Notes: a model not told the origin generated them from the sequence alone. Positions 9,859 to 20,072 are shown, counted from the first letter of the stretch. The stretch: 64,000 nucleotides of DNA from Vicinamibacteraceae bacterium (GCA_012270995.1 JAAXHG010000051.1:5768-69767), one strand, 5' to 3'. A program made the numbers and translations.

Positions 9859-10616
9859 TGGCCCTGGCCGAGCCGCTGGCGGCCCGGAGCGACGGTTCGG
9901 GCGCGATGTTCGACCGGATCGCCGCCCGCTACGACCTGCTGAACCGGCTGAACTCCCTGGGCTTCGATCGGACGTGGCGCCGGGTCACGGCGGAGGCCCT
10001 GGCGCCGGCCGCGGCCGCCGACCGGCCCCCGCGCATGCTCGATGTCGCGTCCGGAACCGGAGATCTCGCGATCGCGATCGCGCGGCGGTTTCCGTCGGCG
10101 GTCGTCAGGGGCGTCGACACGTCGACGGCGATGACCGAAATCGGGCGCGGGAAGGTCGAGCGCGCCGGCCTCGCGGACCGCGTCACGCTGGCATCCGGCG
10201 ACGCCCACGACCTTGGCTTCCCCGATCGCTCCTTCGACGCGGCGGCGATCGCGTTCGGCATCCGCAACGTCCCCGACCGCGTCCGGGCCCTGCGCGAGAT
10301 GGCGAGGGTCACCCGGCCGGGGGGGCGTGTCGCGGTTCTCGAGCTGAGCGAGCCGACTTCCGGTCCCCTGGCGGTGCTCGCCCGGTTCCACATCCGCATC
10401 CTCGTGCCGTTGCTCGGCGCCCTTCTGGCCGGAGGCGTCGAGTACAGGTACCTGCGACGGTCGATCCGTGCTTTCCCGCCGCCGGACGAGTTCGCTAGAA
10501 CGATGACCGTGGCCGGCCTCGAGCCGGTCGAAACGCGGCCTCTGACGTTCGGCGTGTGCAACCTGTTCCTGGCCAGGCCGGGCGCGAAACTCGCCGCGGG
10601 GACCGCTGGTCCATGA
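9855..10616 (+). CDS. menG: demethylmenaquinone (UbiE/MenG-type) methyltransferase
   Basis: MFDRIAARYDLLNRLNSLGFDRTWRR plus SAM motif MLDVASGTGDLA. The ATG at 9855 overlaps the upstream stop (ATGA). Confidence 0.85.
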   Translation: MMALAEPLAARSDGSGAMFDRIAARYDLLNRLNSLGFDRTWRRVTAEALAPAAAADRPPRMLDVASGTGDLAIAIARRFPSAVVRGVDTSTAMTEIGRGKVERAGLADRVTLASGDAHDLGFPDRSFDAAAIAFGIRNVPDRVRALREMARVTRPGGRVAVLELSEPTSGPLAVLARFHIRILVPLLGALLAGGVEYRYLRRSIRAFPPPDEFARTMTVAGLEPVETRPLTFGVCNLFLARPGAKLAAGTAGP

Positions 10617-12157
10617 CGTCTCCGGTGATCAGGCCACGTTCGAGCCGGGAGACGCGCGCTCCGCGGCCGGGCCTCCTGACCGTGGCCGCCGAGGCGCCGA
10701 GAGTAGCTCCCGAGGAGTTTCTCCGAAGGGCTTCGCGGAGCTTCCGTGAGATCGGCCCGGTGGGCCACCTGTGGTCGCCGTCAGGCGGAGTGCAGTCCGC
10801 CGGCTGGGGCGTGGCCCGGCGTTTCGAGATCGCCGGAGACGCTCGGTCCGGCGGCTTCCCCGGCGGGAACGGTGATGGCGGCCCCGAGGCGCACTCCGAC
10901 GGCGTCGCGCTCGATCAGGTTGCGGCACGGGCGTCGGGGCTGTTCCGCGAACTGGCCGGCGCGGGCGAGGTGCCGTTGCGGCTCTTCGGCGGGCTCGCGT
11001 TCGATCCTGGGCCGGACGGCGCCAACTTGGCCGCGTCGGACTGGAACGAGTTCGGTGCCGGGAGCTTCGTCCTGCCGCGGCTGGGATACGTCGCCGACGG
11101 CGACGCCGCGCATCTGTACGCGGTCATTGACGCGACGGCGGTGGGGGCGGCGCCGGAGTGGCGGCGACGTCTGCGGCGGCTGGCCGAAGACCTCGACCTC
11201 GCTGGCGGCCTCGGAAGCGGCCCGAACGGCAACGGACACCTGGGAGGGCTGCCCGAAGCGGCGAACACCCTGGAGGCGCTGCCGGGAATCCTGCGGAGCC
11301 TCGATCGCCCGGCAGCTTCGGAGTGGCTTCAGCGCGTGGAGGAGCTTCGCGGGGAAGTGCTCTCCGAACGGCTGCAGAAGGTCGTCGCGGCGCGCGTCGT
11401 CGAGCTCGACCTCGACCGGCCGTTCGGCATCGACGATCTCGCCTGCATCGCCGGGCGCCTGCGGCACGGAATGCCCACCTGCACCCGCTTCGCCTTCCTG
11501 CGCGGCGGCTCGATCTTCTTCGGCGCGACGCCGGAGTTGCTGGTCCGTCGCCGGGGTCGCAGCATCGAGACGCAGGCGCTGGCCGGTTCGATTGCCAGCG
11601 ACCCTTCGCCCGCGCGCCGGCGCGAGTTGGAGCGGCGTCTGCTGGCGAGCCGGAAGGACCGGCTGGAGCACGACGTCGTGGTCCGTTACCTGGTCGAGCG
11701 CCTCGACCGCAGCTGCGGCGGGGTCGCGCCGCCCGCGCCTCCGGAAGTCCGTGTCTTGCCGAACGTGATGCACTTGGAGACGCCGATTCGCGCGGCGCTG
11801 CCGGAGACCGTCGAACCGCCGCACGTGTTGCGGCTGGTGCGGGCGCTCCACCCGACCCCGGCCGTCGCGGGCAGACCGACGCCTCTCGCTCTGGCCGCGA
11901 TCCGGCGCAGCGAAGACCGGGACCGGGGCTGGTACGCGGGCCCGGTCGGTTGGTTCGACGGCAACGGCGACGGCGAGTTCTCGGTCGCTCTCCGTTCCTG
12001 TCTGGCCACCCGGCGTCGAGGCCTTCTCTACTCGGGCAACGGCATCGTCGCCGACTCCGATCCCGCGCGCGAGCTGGCTGAGACGAACCTCAAGCTGGAC
12101 GCGATCCTCGGAGCATGGGGCAGCCAGGAGTCCGCGCGGCTCGAGCGGCACATGTGA
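10613..12157 (+). CDS. menF: isochorismate synthase
   Basis: Chorismate-binding motifs FFGATPELLV, ALAGS, LHPTPAVAGRP and GWYAGPVGW. The ATG at 10613 overlaps the menG stop (ATGA). Confidence 0.8.
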   Translation: MTSPVIRPRSSRETRAPRPGLLTVAAEAPRVAPEEFLRRASRSFREIGPVGHLWSPSGGVQSAGWGVARRFEIAGDARSGGFPGGNGDGGPEAHSDGVALDQVAARASGLFRELAGAGEVPLRLFGGLAFDPGPDGANLAASDWNEFGAGSFVLPRLGYVADGDAAHLYAVIDATAVGAAPEWRRRLRRLAEDLDLAGGLGSGPNGNGHLGGLPEAANTLEALPGILRSLDRPAASEWLQRVEELRGEVLSERLQKVVAARVVELDLDRPFGIDDLACIAGRLRHGMPTCTRFAFLRGGSIFFGATPELLVRRRGRSIETQALAGSIASDPSPARRRELERRLLASRKDRLEHDVVVRYLVERLDRSCGGVAPPAPPEVRVLPNVMHLETPIRAALPETVEPPHVLRLVRALHPTPAVAGRPTPLALAAIRRSEDRDRGWYAGPVGWFDGNGDGEFSVALRSCLATRRRGLLYSGNGIVADSDPARELAETNLKLDAILGAWGSQESARLERHM

Positions 12158-14034
12158 CGCGAGACGCGCGGACTCCTGGCGAGGACGGGATGGGCCGAAA
12201 CACCGAGTCCGCGAGGAGTTTCGGGGCGGGGGCCGGCGCGGGCGAGGCGCAGTTTCAGCGTGCGCGGCTCCTCGTCGGCGCCCTGGTGCAGGCCGGTGTC
12301 CGGCGGGCGGTCACGAGTCCGGGTTCCCGCTCGACGCCGCTCGTGCTGGCGGCGCTCGATGCCGCGGCGGCCGGGCTGGACGTCGCCAGCATCATCGACG
12401 AGCGGGCGGCCGGGTTCTTCGCGCTCGGACAGGCACGTGCCACGGGCCTGCCCACGGTACTGATCTGCACTTCGGGGACGGCGCCGGCGCACTACCTGCC
12501 GGCGATGATGGAAGCCCGCGAAGCCGGTGTTCCCCTGATCGCCCTGACCGCCGACCGGCCGATGGAGTTGATGAGCTGCGCCGCGCCCCAGGCGACGGAC
12601 CAGACGAAGCTCTTCGGTTCGGTCGTCAACCATTTCGCCGAGGTCGATCTCGCGGGTCCGGTCGATCCTCTGAGCCTGCGGGCGATCCGGCGAACCGCCG
12701 CTCAGGCCGTGTTCCGTTCCCGTTGGCCCCGACCGGGCGCGGTCCACCTGAACGTGCGGGCGCGCAAACCCCTCGAGCCGGAGGTGGGCGCCGGAGACGG
12801 TTGGCTCGCGGTGGCGGTTGATGCTCTGCTCCGTGAGCCGATCGAGGCGGCTGTGCCGGCATCGCGACCCGATCCGGCGGCGTTGGACCAGGCGGCGGCG
12901 CTTTGTCGGCAAGCGAAGCGCGGTCTGATCGTCGCCGGGCCGTTGCCCCTGCCGCCGGCGGAGTGCCGGCGGGACGGTGGCGTCTACGATCTGGCGGAGC
13001 TCGCCCGGCGGACCGGCTTTCCGCTACTCGCCGAGGCCACGAGTCAGAGCCGCTTCACCGGAGGAGACGGTGCGGCCGACGCCGCGCGGCTCGGCGCGGC
13101 CTGGGCAGCCGACGGTGGCGAAGCCCTGGCTCTGCCGGACCTGATCCTGCAGGTCGGCGCGCCGCCGGTCGCTGCGGGCGCCCAGCGCCTGATCGAGGCC
13201 GCTGGGGCGCCTCAGATCGTGCTGTCGAACGGTCCGTGGACCGATCCGGACGGACTCGGTTCGGTGTTCCTGTTCGGAGACGTCGGATGCTCGGCATCGG
13301 AGCTCTGTCGACGGCTCGAGGACGCGGCGCCTGGCGCTGAGGCGGCCGGTTGGCGGGAGGACGTTCTCGGGTTGTGCGGGCGGTTTCGGGCCGCGGCGGC
13401 GCGTCCTGATCCCGACGGTCCCGGGTTTCACGACGGGGAAGCGGCCGCAGTAGCGGTCGCAGCCACGCCCGCGGACGCGCTTCTCATGCTGGGCAACAGC
13501 CTCCCCGTGCGCCTGGTCGAAACCTGGGCCGCTAGTCCCGGGCACCGGGTCTGGGTCGCGAGCCAGCGGGGACTGAGCGGGATCGACGGGCTGGTGGCGG
13601 GCTTTCTAGGGTCGCTCAGCGCGGGCGGTTGCCCGGCAGGCGTGCTGCTCGCGGGCGACGTCAGCCTGCTGCACGATCTCGACGGCATGGCGATCGCCCC
13701 CGAGTACGGGGACGGTCCGCCGGCCGTGGTCGTGGCGATCGACAACCGGGGCGGACGCATCTTCGATCGACTCCCGATCGCGAAGGCCGGGATCTTCCAT
13801 GGCCCGGCAGGCAGGCACTGGTCGACGCCTCACGGGGTCGACTTCGGCGGCCTGGCACGGGCGTTCGGTGTGCCTCACGCGCGAGTGGAAGATGCCTCGG
13901 CGCTCGCGCGGGAGATCGGGGCGGCACTCGGCCGGCGAGGAGTTTCCCTGATCGTTGCAACGGTCGCCCCCGGGGCTTTGGCGGCGGCCGATGATTCGCT
14001 GCGGCGGGCCATGGCTGCTGCGTCGTCGCGATGA
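12154..14034 (+). CDS. menD: SEPHCHC synthase (ThDP-dependent)
   Basis: N-terminal LVGALVQAGVRRAVTSPGSRSTPL and C-terminal ThDP region GNSLPVR...GIDG...LLAGDVSLLHD. The proposed GTG at 12154 overlaps the menF stop (GTGA). The alternative ATG at 12190 cannot be excluded. Confidence 0.85.
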   Translation: MTRDARTPGEDGMGRNTESARSFGAGAGAGEAQFQRARLLVGALVQAGVRRAVTSPGSRSTPLVLAALDAAAAGLDVASIIDERAAGFFALGQARATGLPTVLICTSGTAPAHYLPAMMEAREAGVPLIALTADRPMELMSCAAPQATDQTKLFGSVVNHFAEVDLAGPVDPLSLRAIRRTAAQAVFRSRWPRPGAVHLNVRARKPLEPEVGAGDGWLAVAVDALLREPIEAAVPASRPDPAALDQAAALCRQAKRGLIVAGPLPLPPAECRRDGGVYDLAELARRTGFPLLAEATSQSRFTGGDGAADAARLGAAWAADGGEALALPDLILQVGAPPVAAGAQRLIEAAGAPQIVLSNGPWTDPDGLGSVFLFGDVGCSASELCRRLEDAAPGAEAAGWREDVLGLCGRFRAAAARPDPDGPGFHDGEAAAVAVAATPADALLMLGNSLPVRLVETWAASPGHRVWVASQRGLSGIDGLVAGFLGSLSAGGCPAGVLLAGDVSLLHDLDGMAIAPEYGDGPPAVVVAIDNRGGRIFDRLPIAKAGIFHGPAGRHWSTPHGVDFGGLARAFGVPHARVEDASALAREIGAALGRRGVSLIVATVAPGALAAADDSLRRAMAAASSR

Positions 14035-14804
14035 CTACGGCCGTTCTGATCCACGGCTTCTCGGGCAGTCCGGCTAGCTGGCGGCGGGTGGAAGCACTGC
14101 TCGACGCGCCGAGCCACGCGCTTGCCGTTTGCGGTCATGGCGGAGAGAGTCCGCCGGCGATCTCCAGCGGCCCGGCCGCGTTCGAGGCCGAGGTCGATCG
14201 GCTGGCCGCGGTCGTCCGGGCCGAAGTGCCGGCGCCTCGCCTGGTGGTTGGCTATTCCCTGGGCGGCCGGCTCGCTCTCGGCCTGATGGTCCGTCACCCG
14301 GACCTGTTCCTCGGCGCTGTTCTGATCGGCGCGAACCCCGGTATCGACGGGGAAGACGCTCGCGTGGCCCGCCGACGCGATGACGAGCGCTGGGCAGGGC
14401 TGATCGAGGAAGAGGGCCTCGCCGTCTTTGACGACGAGTGGTCGGCCTTGCCTTTGTTCGCCAGTCAGCACGATCTCGATGCCGGACGGCTGGCCAAGCA
14501 GCGGCGCACTCGCCTCCGTCACGATCCCGCGGCTCTCGGGGCGGCCATGAGGGCGCTCGGTCTCGGCGCCATGCCGGACTACCGGCGCGCACTCCGCGAC
14601 GTCGCCTGCCGGGTCGAGTTGATCGTTGGCGGTCTGGACACGAAGTTCGAGTCACTGGCTCGGCAGATGGCGGAAACGCTCCCCAACGCTACGGTCCACG
14701 TCATCGAAGGCGCTGGCCACAACGTGCCTCTGGAAGCGCCGGCCGAGCTGGCCCGCCTCCTCAACGCGACACTTGGCAAGCTCGATCGGGACAGCCGGTA
14801 CTGA
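14031..14804 (+). CDS. menH: alpha/beta hydrolase, probable SHCHC synthase
   Basis: HGFSGS and nucleophile elbow GYSLGGR. Located between menD and menB. ATGA overlap with menD. Confidence 0.7.
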   Translation: MTTAVLIHGFSGSPASWRRVEALLDAPSHALAVCGHGGESPPAISSGPAAFEAEVDRLAAVVRAEVPAPRLVVGYSLGGRLALGLMVRHPDLFLGAVLIGANPGIDGEDARVARRRDDERWAGLIEEEGLAVFDDEWSALPLFASQHDLDAGRLAKQRRTRLRHDPAALGAAMRALGLGAMPDYRRALRDVACRVELIVGGLDTKFESLARQMAETLPNATVHVIEGAGHNVPLEAPAELARLLNATLGKLDRDSRY

Positions 14805-14849
14805 TGGCGCAGCCCGTTGTAGTGTCGCCGATCGAAGGAGGCGTGGGGG

Positions 14850-15698
14850 ATGAGCGGAGAATCGCACCAGGAGTGGCTGACGGCTGGCGAATACACGGAC
14901 ATCCGTTACGAGAAGTCCCATGTCGGCGGTGAGCCGGAGGGGATTGCCAAGATCACGATCAACCGGCCGGAGGTGCGCAACGCGTTCCGGCCGCTGACTG
15001 TCCAGGAGATGAGCGCGGCCGTGGAAGTGGCCCGCGATGACGCCGAAGTCGGCGCGGTGATCCTGACCGGCGAGGGGCGAAGCGCCTTCTGTTCGGGTGG
15101 CGATCAGCGCATCCGGGGCGATGCCGGATACGTCGGCGACGACGGCGTGCCGCGCCTGAACGTCCTCGACCTGCAGCGCCAGATCCGCACTTTGCCCAAA
15201 CCGGTCGTGGCGATGGTCGCCGGCTACGCGATCGGCGGCGGCCACGTGCTGCACATGGTCTGCGACCTGACGATTGCCGCCGACAACGCCCGCTTCGGCC
15301 AGACCGGGCCGCGGGTGGGCAGCTTCGACGGCGGCTACGGCGCTTCGTACATGGCGCGCATCGTGGGCCAGAAGAAGGCGCGGGAGATCTGGTTCCTGTG
15401 CCGCCAGTACAACGCCCAGCAGGCGCTGGACATGGGGCTCGTCAACACGGTCGTGCCGCTTGACCGGCTCGAGCGGGAGACCCTCCAATGGTGCCGAGAG
15501 ATGCTGGCCAACAGCCCGATGGCGCTGCGCTGCCTGAAGGCGGCGATGAACGCGGACTGCGACGGTCAGGCCGGCCTCCAGGAGCTGGCGGGGAACGCGA
15601 CCCTGCTCTTCTACATGACGCAGGAGGGGCAGGAGGGCCGGCAGGCGTTCCTGGAGAAGCGGAAGCCGGACTTCTCGAAGTTCCAGCGCTACCCATGA
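14850..15698 (+). CDS. menB: 1,4-dihydroxy-2-naphthoyl-CoA synthase
   Basis: Crotonase-fold sequence very typical of MenB (YTDIRYEK..., [35 protein letters not shown]). GAAGGAGG lies at 14834-14841, upstream of the ATG. Confidence 0.95.
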   Translation: MSGESHQEWLTAGEYTDIRYEKSHVGGEPEGIAKITINRPEVRNAFRPLTVQEMSAAVEVARDDAEVGAVILTGEGRSAFCSGGDQRIRGDAGYVGDDGVPRLNVLDLQRQIRTLPKPVVAMVAGYAIGGGHVLHMVCDLTIAADNARFGQTGPRVGSFDGGYGASYMARIVGQKKAREIWFLCRQYNAQQALDMGLVNTVVPLDRLERETLQWCREMLANSPMALRCLKAAMNADCDGQAGLQELAGNATLLFYMTQEGQEGRQAFLEKRKPDFSKFQRYP

Positions 15699-16627
15699 AC
15701 CCGCGCGTCTCGGGCTCGGCTGGCCCCGCGCCCGGGGACGACCACCCTGGCAAGCTCGCCGCCTGGTTCGAGGCGGTGCGACCGAAGACGCTCTGGGCCG
15801 GCGTTACGCCGGTGCTCGTGGGGACCGCTTGCGCCGTTTCGGTGGGCGGTTCGCGCCCGGGTCCGGCGCTGGCCGCGCTGGGGACGGCGCTCGGTCTTCA
15901 GATCGGCACGAACCTGTCGAACGACGTACTGGACTTCGACCGCGGCGCCGACACGGAGAAGCGCGTCGGTCCACGGCGAGCGGTCCAGTCCGGCCTGCTT
16001 GGCCGGGGCGAGGTCTGGGGCGGCGCTTGGTGCGCGTTCGGAGTGGCGGTGCTCTGCGGCCTCTACCTGGCGTCGGTTGCCGGTTGGCCCGTGCTCGCCG
16101 TGGGCGCCGTCGCGATTGCCTCCGGGCTGCTCTACACCGCCGGCCCCTGGCCGCTCGCCTACGTCGGCCTGGGCGACGTGTTCGTCCTTCTCTTCTTCGG
16201 TTTCGCGGCGGTTGTCGGGACGACGTGGGTACAGGCGCTCTCCGCGCCGCCGTCGGCCTGGTGGGCCGGCCTCTCGGTGGGTTCGCTGTCCGTGGCGATT
16301 CTCGTCACGAACAACCTCCGGGATGAGGAGACGGACGCGGCAGCCGGGAAACGGACCCTGATCGTCCGGTTTGGCCGTCGCTTCGGCGTCATCGAGTACG
16401 CGGCGCTCCTCGGCGTGGCCTTCCTCGCCGTCTTGCCGACGATGGCGGTCCTCGGTTCGTGGCCCATGCTGTCGTGGCTCGCCCTGCCGTTCGCGGTCGC
16501 GGTGCTGCGTTCCGTCTGGCGCGGCGAGGGCGCGGCCCTCAATTTGGCGCTGGCGTCGACCGCCCGCCTGCTGCTCCTGTTCGGCGTGCTGCTGGCGATC
16601 GGAATCGTTCTGGGGGCGCGGAACTGA
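15695..16627 (+). CDS. menA: 1,4-dihydroxy-2-naphthoate polyprenyltransferase (UbiA family)
   Basis: [11 protein letters not shown] (NDxxDxxxD) and a second Asp-rich NNLRDEETD, with multiple TM helices. The ATG at 15695 overlaps the menB stop (ATGA). Confidence 0.85.
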   Translation: MNPRVSGSAGPAPGDDHPGKLAAWFEAVRPKTLWAGVTPVLVGTACAVSVGGSRPGPALAALGTALGLQIGTNLSNDVLDFDRGADTEKRVGPRRAVQSGLLGRGEVWGGAWCAFGVAVLCGLYLASVAGWPVLAVGAVAIASGLLYTAGPWPLAYVGLGDVFVLLFFGFAAVVGTTWVQALSAPPSAWWAGLSVGSLSVAILVTNNLRDEETDAAAGKRTLIVRFGRRFGVIEYAALLGVAFLAVLPTMAVLGSWPMLSWLALPFAVAVLRSVWRGEGAALNLALASTARLLLLFGVLLAIGIVLGARN

Positions 16628-18108
16628 GCGGCGAACTCTCGGTTCGAGCAGCGGCGGCCGAAGCGCCCGATGCGACTGCGCTGGTCGATGGCGGCCGCGA
16701 GATCGGCTGGGCGGAGCTTCTGGATCGGGCCGACCGCGTTCGGCTTGGGTTGCGGCGGCGGCTCGACGACCCCGCGACCGCGGTCGTCGCCGTGGTGGGC
16801 GGCATGTGGACGCAGACGATCGCCACGCTGCTCGGGCTGTTCGAGGACCGGGTGTCGTTCGTGCTGATCCATCCCCGGTGGACCCGCGCCGAACGCGAGC
16901 GGGCGATCGCGATGGCCGGCGCCAGCTTGTGTATCGAGAGCGGCGGCGCAATGGTCTCGACGAGGACGACCGCCGCCGTCGGTCATGCTGCTGCCGTCGG
17001 ACGCGGCGCCGCCGTTGTTTTCACTTCCGGAACGGCGGGCTCGCCGCGCGGCGTCGTTCTCGGTCGGAAGGCTCTTCGCGCCTCGGCGATCGCCCATGCG
17101 GAGATCCTCGGATGGCGGCCGGACGATCGCTGGCTGCTGAGCCTTCCGACGGCTCACGTGGGCGGCCTGATGATCGTCGTCCGTTGTCTCCACTCGCGGC
17201 GCACCGTCGTTGTGGGCGGCCGCGGCGCCGCCGGACGCTTCGACGCCCAAAGGACGCTGGAGGTCGTCGAGCGCGACCGGGTTACCCTGTTGTCCGTCGT
17301 GCCGACGATGCTGGAGCGGCTGCTGCGGACGACCGGGCGCCCGCCGTCGAGTCTGCGGGCGGTTCTCGTTGGCGGCGCCGCGGCGCCGCTTGAGCGGATG
17401 GCCGCGGCCCGGGAGCGCGGCTGGCCCGTGCTCGCCACCTACGGCCTGACGGAGGCGTGTTCTCAGGTGGTGACGGAGCGGCCCGGAGAGTCGAGCGGCG
17501 GTCTGGCGGCGCCGATGCCGGGAGTCGAGCTCGCCATCGGCGAGGATGCCGCCCGGCGCGCGGTCTCGGCCGTTTCGTCGACCGGCGGCGCCGGGGAGGC
17601 CGGTTCGATCTGGATTCGCGGACCAGTCCTGTTCGACGGCTATCTCGACGACGAGCCGGGGGCGCCGCTCGAACGTCCCTTCGATGCGGACGGCTGGTTC
17701 GACACCGGCGACCTGGGCGCCGTCGACCGGCGGGGAGGGCTCCGCGTCGTGGGCCGTCGCGAGGACCGTATCGTGACGGGCGGCGAGAACGTCGACCCCG
17801 CGGAGGTCGAGAACGCGGTGCTCGCCTGGCCCGGCGTCGCCGCCGTCTGCGTCGTCGGACTGCCCGACCCGGAATGGGGCGAGAGGGTCGGCGCGGTCCT
17901 GGTTCCGGCCGCAGGCTTCGAGCCGCGCGGGGGTCTCGAAGAACTCAGGCGGCGTGTCGGCGCCCGGCTTGCCGGATTCAAGCAGCCGCGGCGGTGGCTC
18001 GCCGTCGAGGAGATTCCGGTTGCTCCCTCGGGCAAGGTAGACCGGGAGGCCTGCCGGCGGCGCCTGCTGGAGTCGGAGCGTGCCGGAGCGGAAGAGCGCG
18101 GGGAATGA
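16624..18108 (+). CDS. menE: o-succinylbenzoate-CoA ligase (adenylate-forming)
   Basis: AMP-binding motifs VVFTSGTAGSPRGVVL, TYGLTEA, WFDTGDLG and PSGKVDR. The only in-frame ATG/GTG/TTG codons upstream of the conserved region are at 16459 and 16474, inside menA. CTG at 16624 (CTGA overlap) fits the expected N-terminus, so the start is uncertain. Confidence 0.8.
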   Translation: MSGELSVRAAAAEAPDATALVDGGREIGWAELLDRADRVRLGLRRRLDDPATAVVAVVGGMWTQTIATLLGLFEDRVSFVLIHPRWTRAERERAIAMAGASLCIESGGAMVSTRTTAAVGHAAAVGRGAAVVFTSGTAGSPRGVVLGRKALRASAIAHAEILGWRPDDRWLLSLPTAHVGGLMIVVRCLHSRRTVVVGGRGAAGRFDAQRTLEVVERDRVTLLSVVPTMLERLLRTTGRPPSSLRAVLVGGAAAPLERMAAARERGWPVLATYGLTEACSQVVTERPGESSGGLAAPMPGVELAIGEDAARRAVSAVSSTGGAGEAGSIWIRGPVLFDGYLDDEPGAPLERPFDADGWFDTGDLGAVDRRGGLRVVGRREDRIVTGGENVDPAEVENAVLAWPGVAAVCVVGLPDPEWGERVGAVLVPAAGFEPRGGLEELRRRVGARLAGFKQPRRWLAVEEIPVAPSGKVDREACRRRLLESERAGAEERGE

Positions 18109-19496
18109 CCGTCGACGGGGCGGCGCGGGAGTTCGAAGAGCGCTTCGATCTGAAGAGGCGGCTGCGGCCCTTCGAGCACCTGCGCTACCGGGCGAGCGAC
18201 GTGGGGACCAGAGCCGTTCACCTGGACGACTTCGCGGCGATTCCGTTCCTGGACGGCGTGAGCGGCGTCGAGCACTATCAGCATCGGGCCCGGCTGCGAG
18301 CGCGGGGAGGCGACGTCTATGTCGCCTCGACGCCCACTTCTGCCGGCTACGAGCGCTACTGCCGGGAGGTCCTCGGTCTCGGCGCCGTGGATCTCCTGAC
18401 CGTCGACCCCGCCGACGACCGGCTCGCGATCGCCCGCGCCTGCATGGAGAATCGCGCGCTCCTGGACCGGCTGGGAGCGCTTGCCCGCCGCGCCGGCCTC
18501 GTCGTCGAGCCCTTCCTCGGCAGCGAGGCGATCTGGGACCTCGCGGCGGCCGTTGCCGCGGAAAGCGGCGCCCGGGTGCGGGTGCTGGCGCCGCCGCCGC
18601 CGGTGACCTGGATCGCCAACGACAAGGCGAACTTCGAGGACCTCGTCATCGCGGTCCTCGGTCCCGGCTTCCTGCCCGAGAGCCGCCGGTCGGCTTCGGC
18701 GGAAGCGTTGGCCCGGGCGCTGCTCGAACTCTCGGAGGCGGGTCCGTCCGTGGCGCTCAAGCGGCTGCGTTGCGCTTCGGCGATGGGCAACGAGGTGTTC
18801 GAGTCCGCGGCGATCCGTCGCCGCGGGTTTTCGGGCGTCCTGGACGTCGTCCGGGGTTTCCTGGAGAGGACCGGCTGGAAGGGCGACGAGGACGTGCTCG
18901 CGGTGTGCTGGGAACCGGCGACGTCGTCGCCTTCGACGCAGTGGTGGTTGCCGCCGCCGGGTGGCGGCGAGCCGACGCTCGGCGGCGTCTACGAGCAGAT
19001 TCTGGCCGGTGAAGAGGGCGTCTTCGTCGGCAGCCGGCCGAGCGGACTGGCGGAGGAGGTCGAGAAGCGGATCGTGTCCCAGTCGGGCCGGGTAGCGGCC
19101 GCGCTGCAACGCCTGGGCTACGTCGGCCGCTGCTCGTTCGACCACCTGGTGCTGCCGGACGGCCGGGTCGTGTTCACGGAGTGCAACGGGCGCTGGGGCG
19201 GCACCAGCACCCCGATGAACCTGGTCGACCGGCTCTACCCGGGCGGCCGTCCGCCGTACCAGGCGCAGGCCTTCGTTCACCCGGAACTTGTGGGAACCAC
19301 CTTCCGGCAGCTCCTGGCGCGGTTCGGCGACGCCGTGGTTGACCGCGGCTCGAAGGCTGGCCGGTTCCTGCTCTACAACGTGGGACCGCTGAAGGGGTTC
19401 GGCAAGTTCGATGTCGTGGCGCTGGGATCGAGCCGCTCCCACGTCGAGGAGTTGATGACCGTGGAGCTTCCGCGTCGCCTCGGCCTGGGCGCCTGA
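18105..19496 (+). CDS. ATP-grasp-like protein of unknown function, coupled to menE
   Basis: The ATG at 18105 overlaps the menE stop (ATGA). The C-terminal CSFDHLVLPDGRVVFTECNGRWGG resembles the E-x-N Mg/ATP motif of ATP-grasp ligases. It is not enolase-like, so it is not MenC. The functional call is tentative. Confidence 0.55.
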   Translation: MTVDGAAREFEERFDLKRRLRPFEHLRYRASDVGTRAVHLDDFAAIPFLDGVSGVEHYQHRARLRARGGDVYVASTPTSAGYERYCREVLGLGAVDLLTVDPADDRLAIARACMENRALLDRLGALARRAGLVVEPFLGSEAIWDLAAAVAAESGARVRVLAPPPPVTWIANDKANFEDLVIAVLGPGFLPESRRSASAEALARALLELSEAGPSVALKRLRCASAMGNEVFESAAIRRRGFSGVLDVVRGFLERTGWKGDEDVLAVCWEPATSSPSTQWWLPPPGGGEPTLGGVYEQILAGEEGVFVGSRPSGLAEEVEKRIVSQSGRVAAALQRLGYVGRCSFDHLVLPDGRVVFTECNGRWGGTSTPMNLVDRLYPGGRPPYQAQAFVHPELVGTTFRQLLARFGDAVVDRGSKAGRFLLYNVGPLKGFGKFDVVALGSSRSHVEELMTVELPRRLGLGA

Positions 19497-19614
19497 GCCG
19501 CGGACGCAGCGGGACGAGCCCGAGGCTCAGGCGACCAGGCGAGAACGGGATGGTCCGAAACTCCGAGCTTTGGGAGGGCTTTCGGGGCGCTTCCCGACCC
19601 CGTTGCCGGCGGCG

Positions 19615-19938
19615 TCAGGCAGGGGCGCCGTCGCCCCGGAGGCTGCGGTGGAGCTGCTCGCTCATCTGGCGCAGGCGCCCCGCGTCGCCCGGCGAGAGCA
19701 CGCCGCCGTCCCGGCAGGCCTCGATCGTCGAGGTCATCTCGTTCAAGCGGTCGAGCGCCTCGTCGGACGCGCCGCGCCGCTCCGGCGACGCGTGAGCCGC
19801 CGCGAACAGCAGTGTCGACAGCGTCAGGGCAAGCCGGCGCAGACGCTGCCGCGGCGGCGCCGGGGCGGACTCCGGCTCGGCGGTCGCGTCGTAGACGTCC
19901 GCCAGCAGGATGCGCGAGATCGCGTATGCGTCCTTCAT
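19615..19938 (-). CDS. small helical hypothetical protein
   Basis: 107 aa from the internal ATG (MKDAYAISRILL...). The composition is non-repetitive and helix-like, unlike the Arg-rich overlapping frames. No motif recognised. Confidence 0.3.
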   Translation of the reverse strand: MKDAYAISRILLADVYDATAEPESAPAPPRQRLRRLALTLSTLLFAAAHASPERRGASDEALDRLNEMTSTIEACRDGGVLSPGDAGRLRQMSEQLHRSLRGDGAPA

Positions 19939-20072
19939 CTTCCTCGTCGTCTCTCCCCGGTTCGGTGCCCCATACCGTTCGGGAGTCCTCATTGGTTACA
20001 ACGAACGCAAGGCCCGGTTGGTTTCCGGGTTTCGAGGTGGACTCTCGCGGCTGGTCGCTACCAGTGGACTGG

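Noticed and set aside
19491-19532. 9-bp inverted repeat GCCTGAGCC...GGCTCAGGC spanning the stop of the last men-operon gene, a possible terminator.
   Set aside because: It has a 24-nt loop and no downstream T-tract. That is too weak to call as an intrinsic terminator.
19940-20072. Lower-GC 130-bp stretch between the small hypothetical gene and apaH, considered as a possible small RNA.
   Set aside because: I could identify no conserved structure, promoter/terminator pair or known ncRNA motif. It is probably just a promoter/UTR region.
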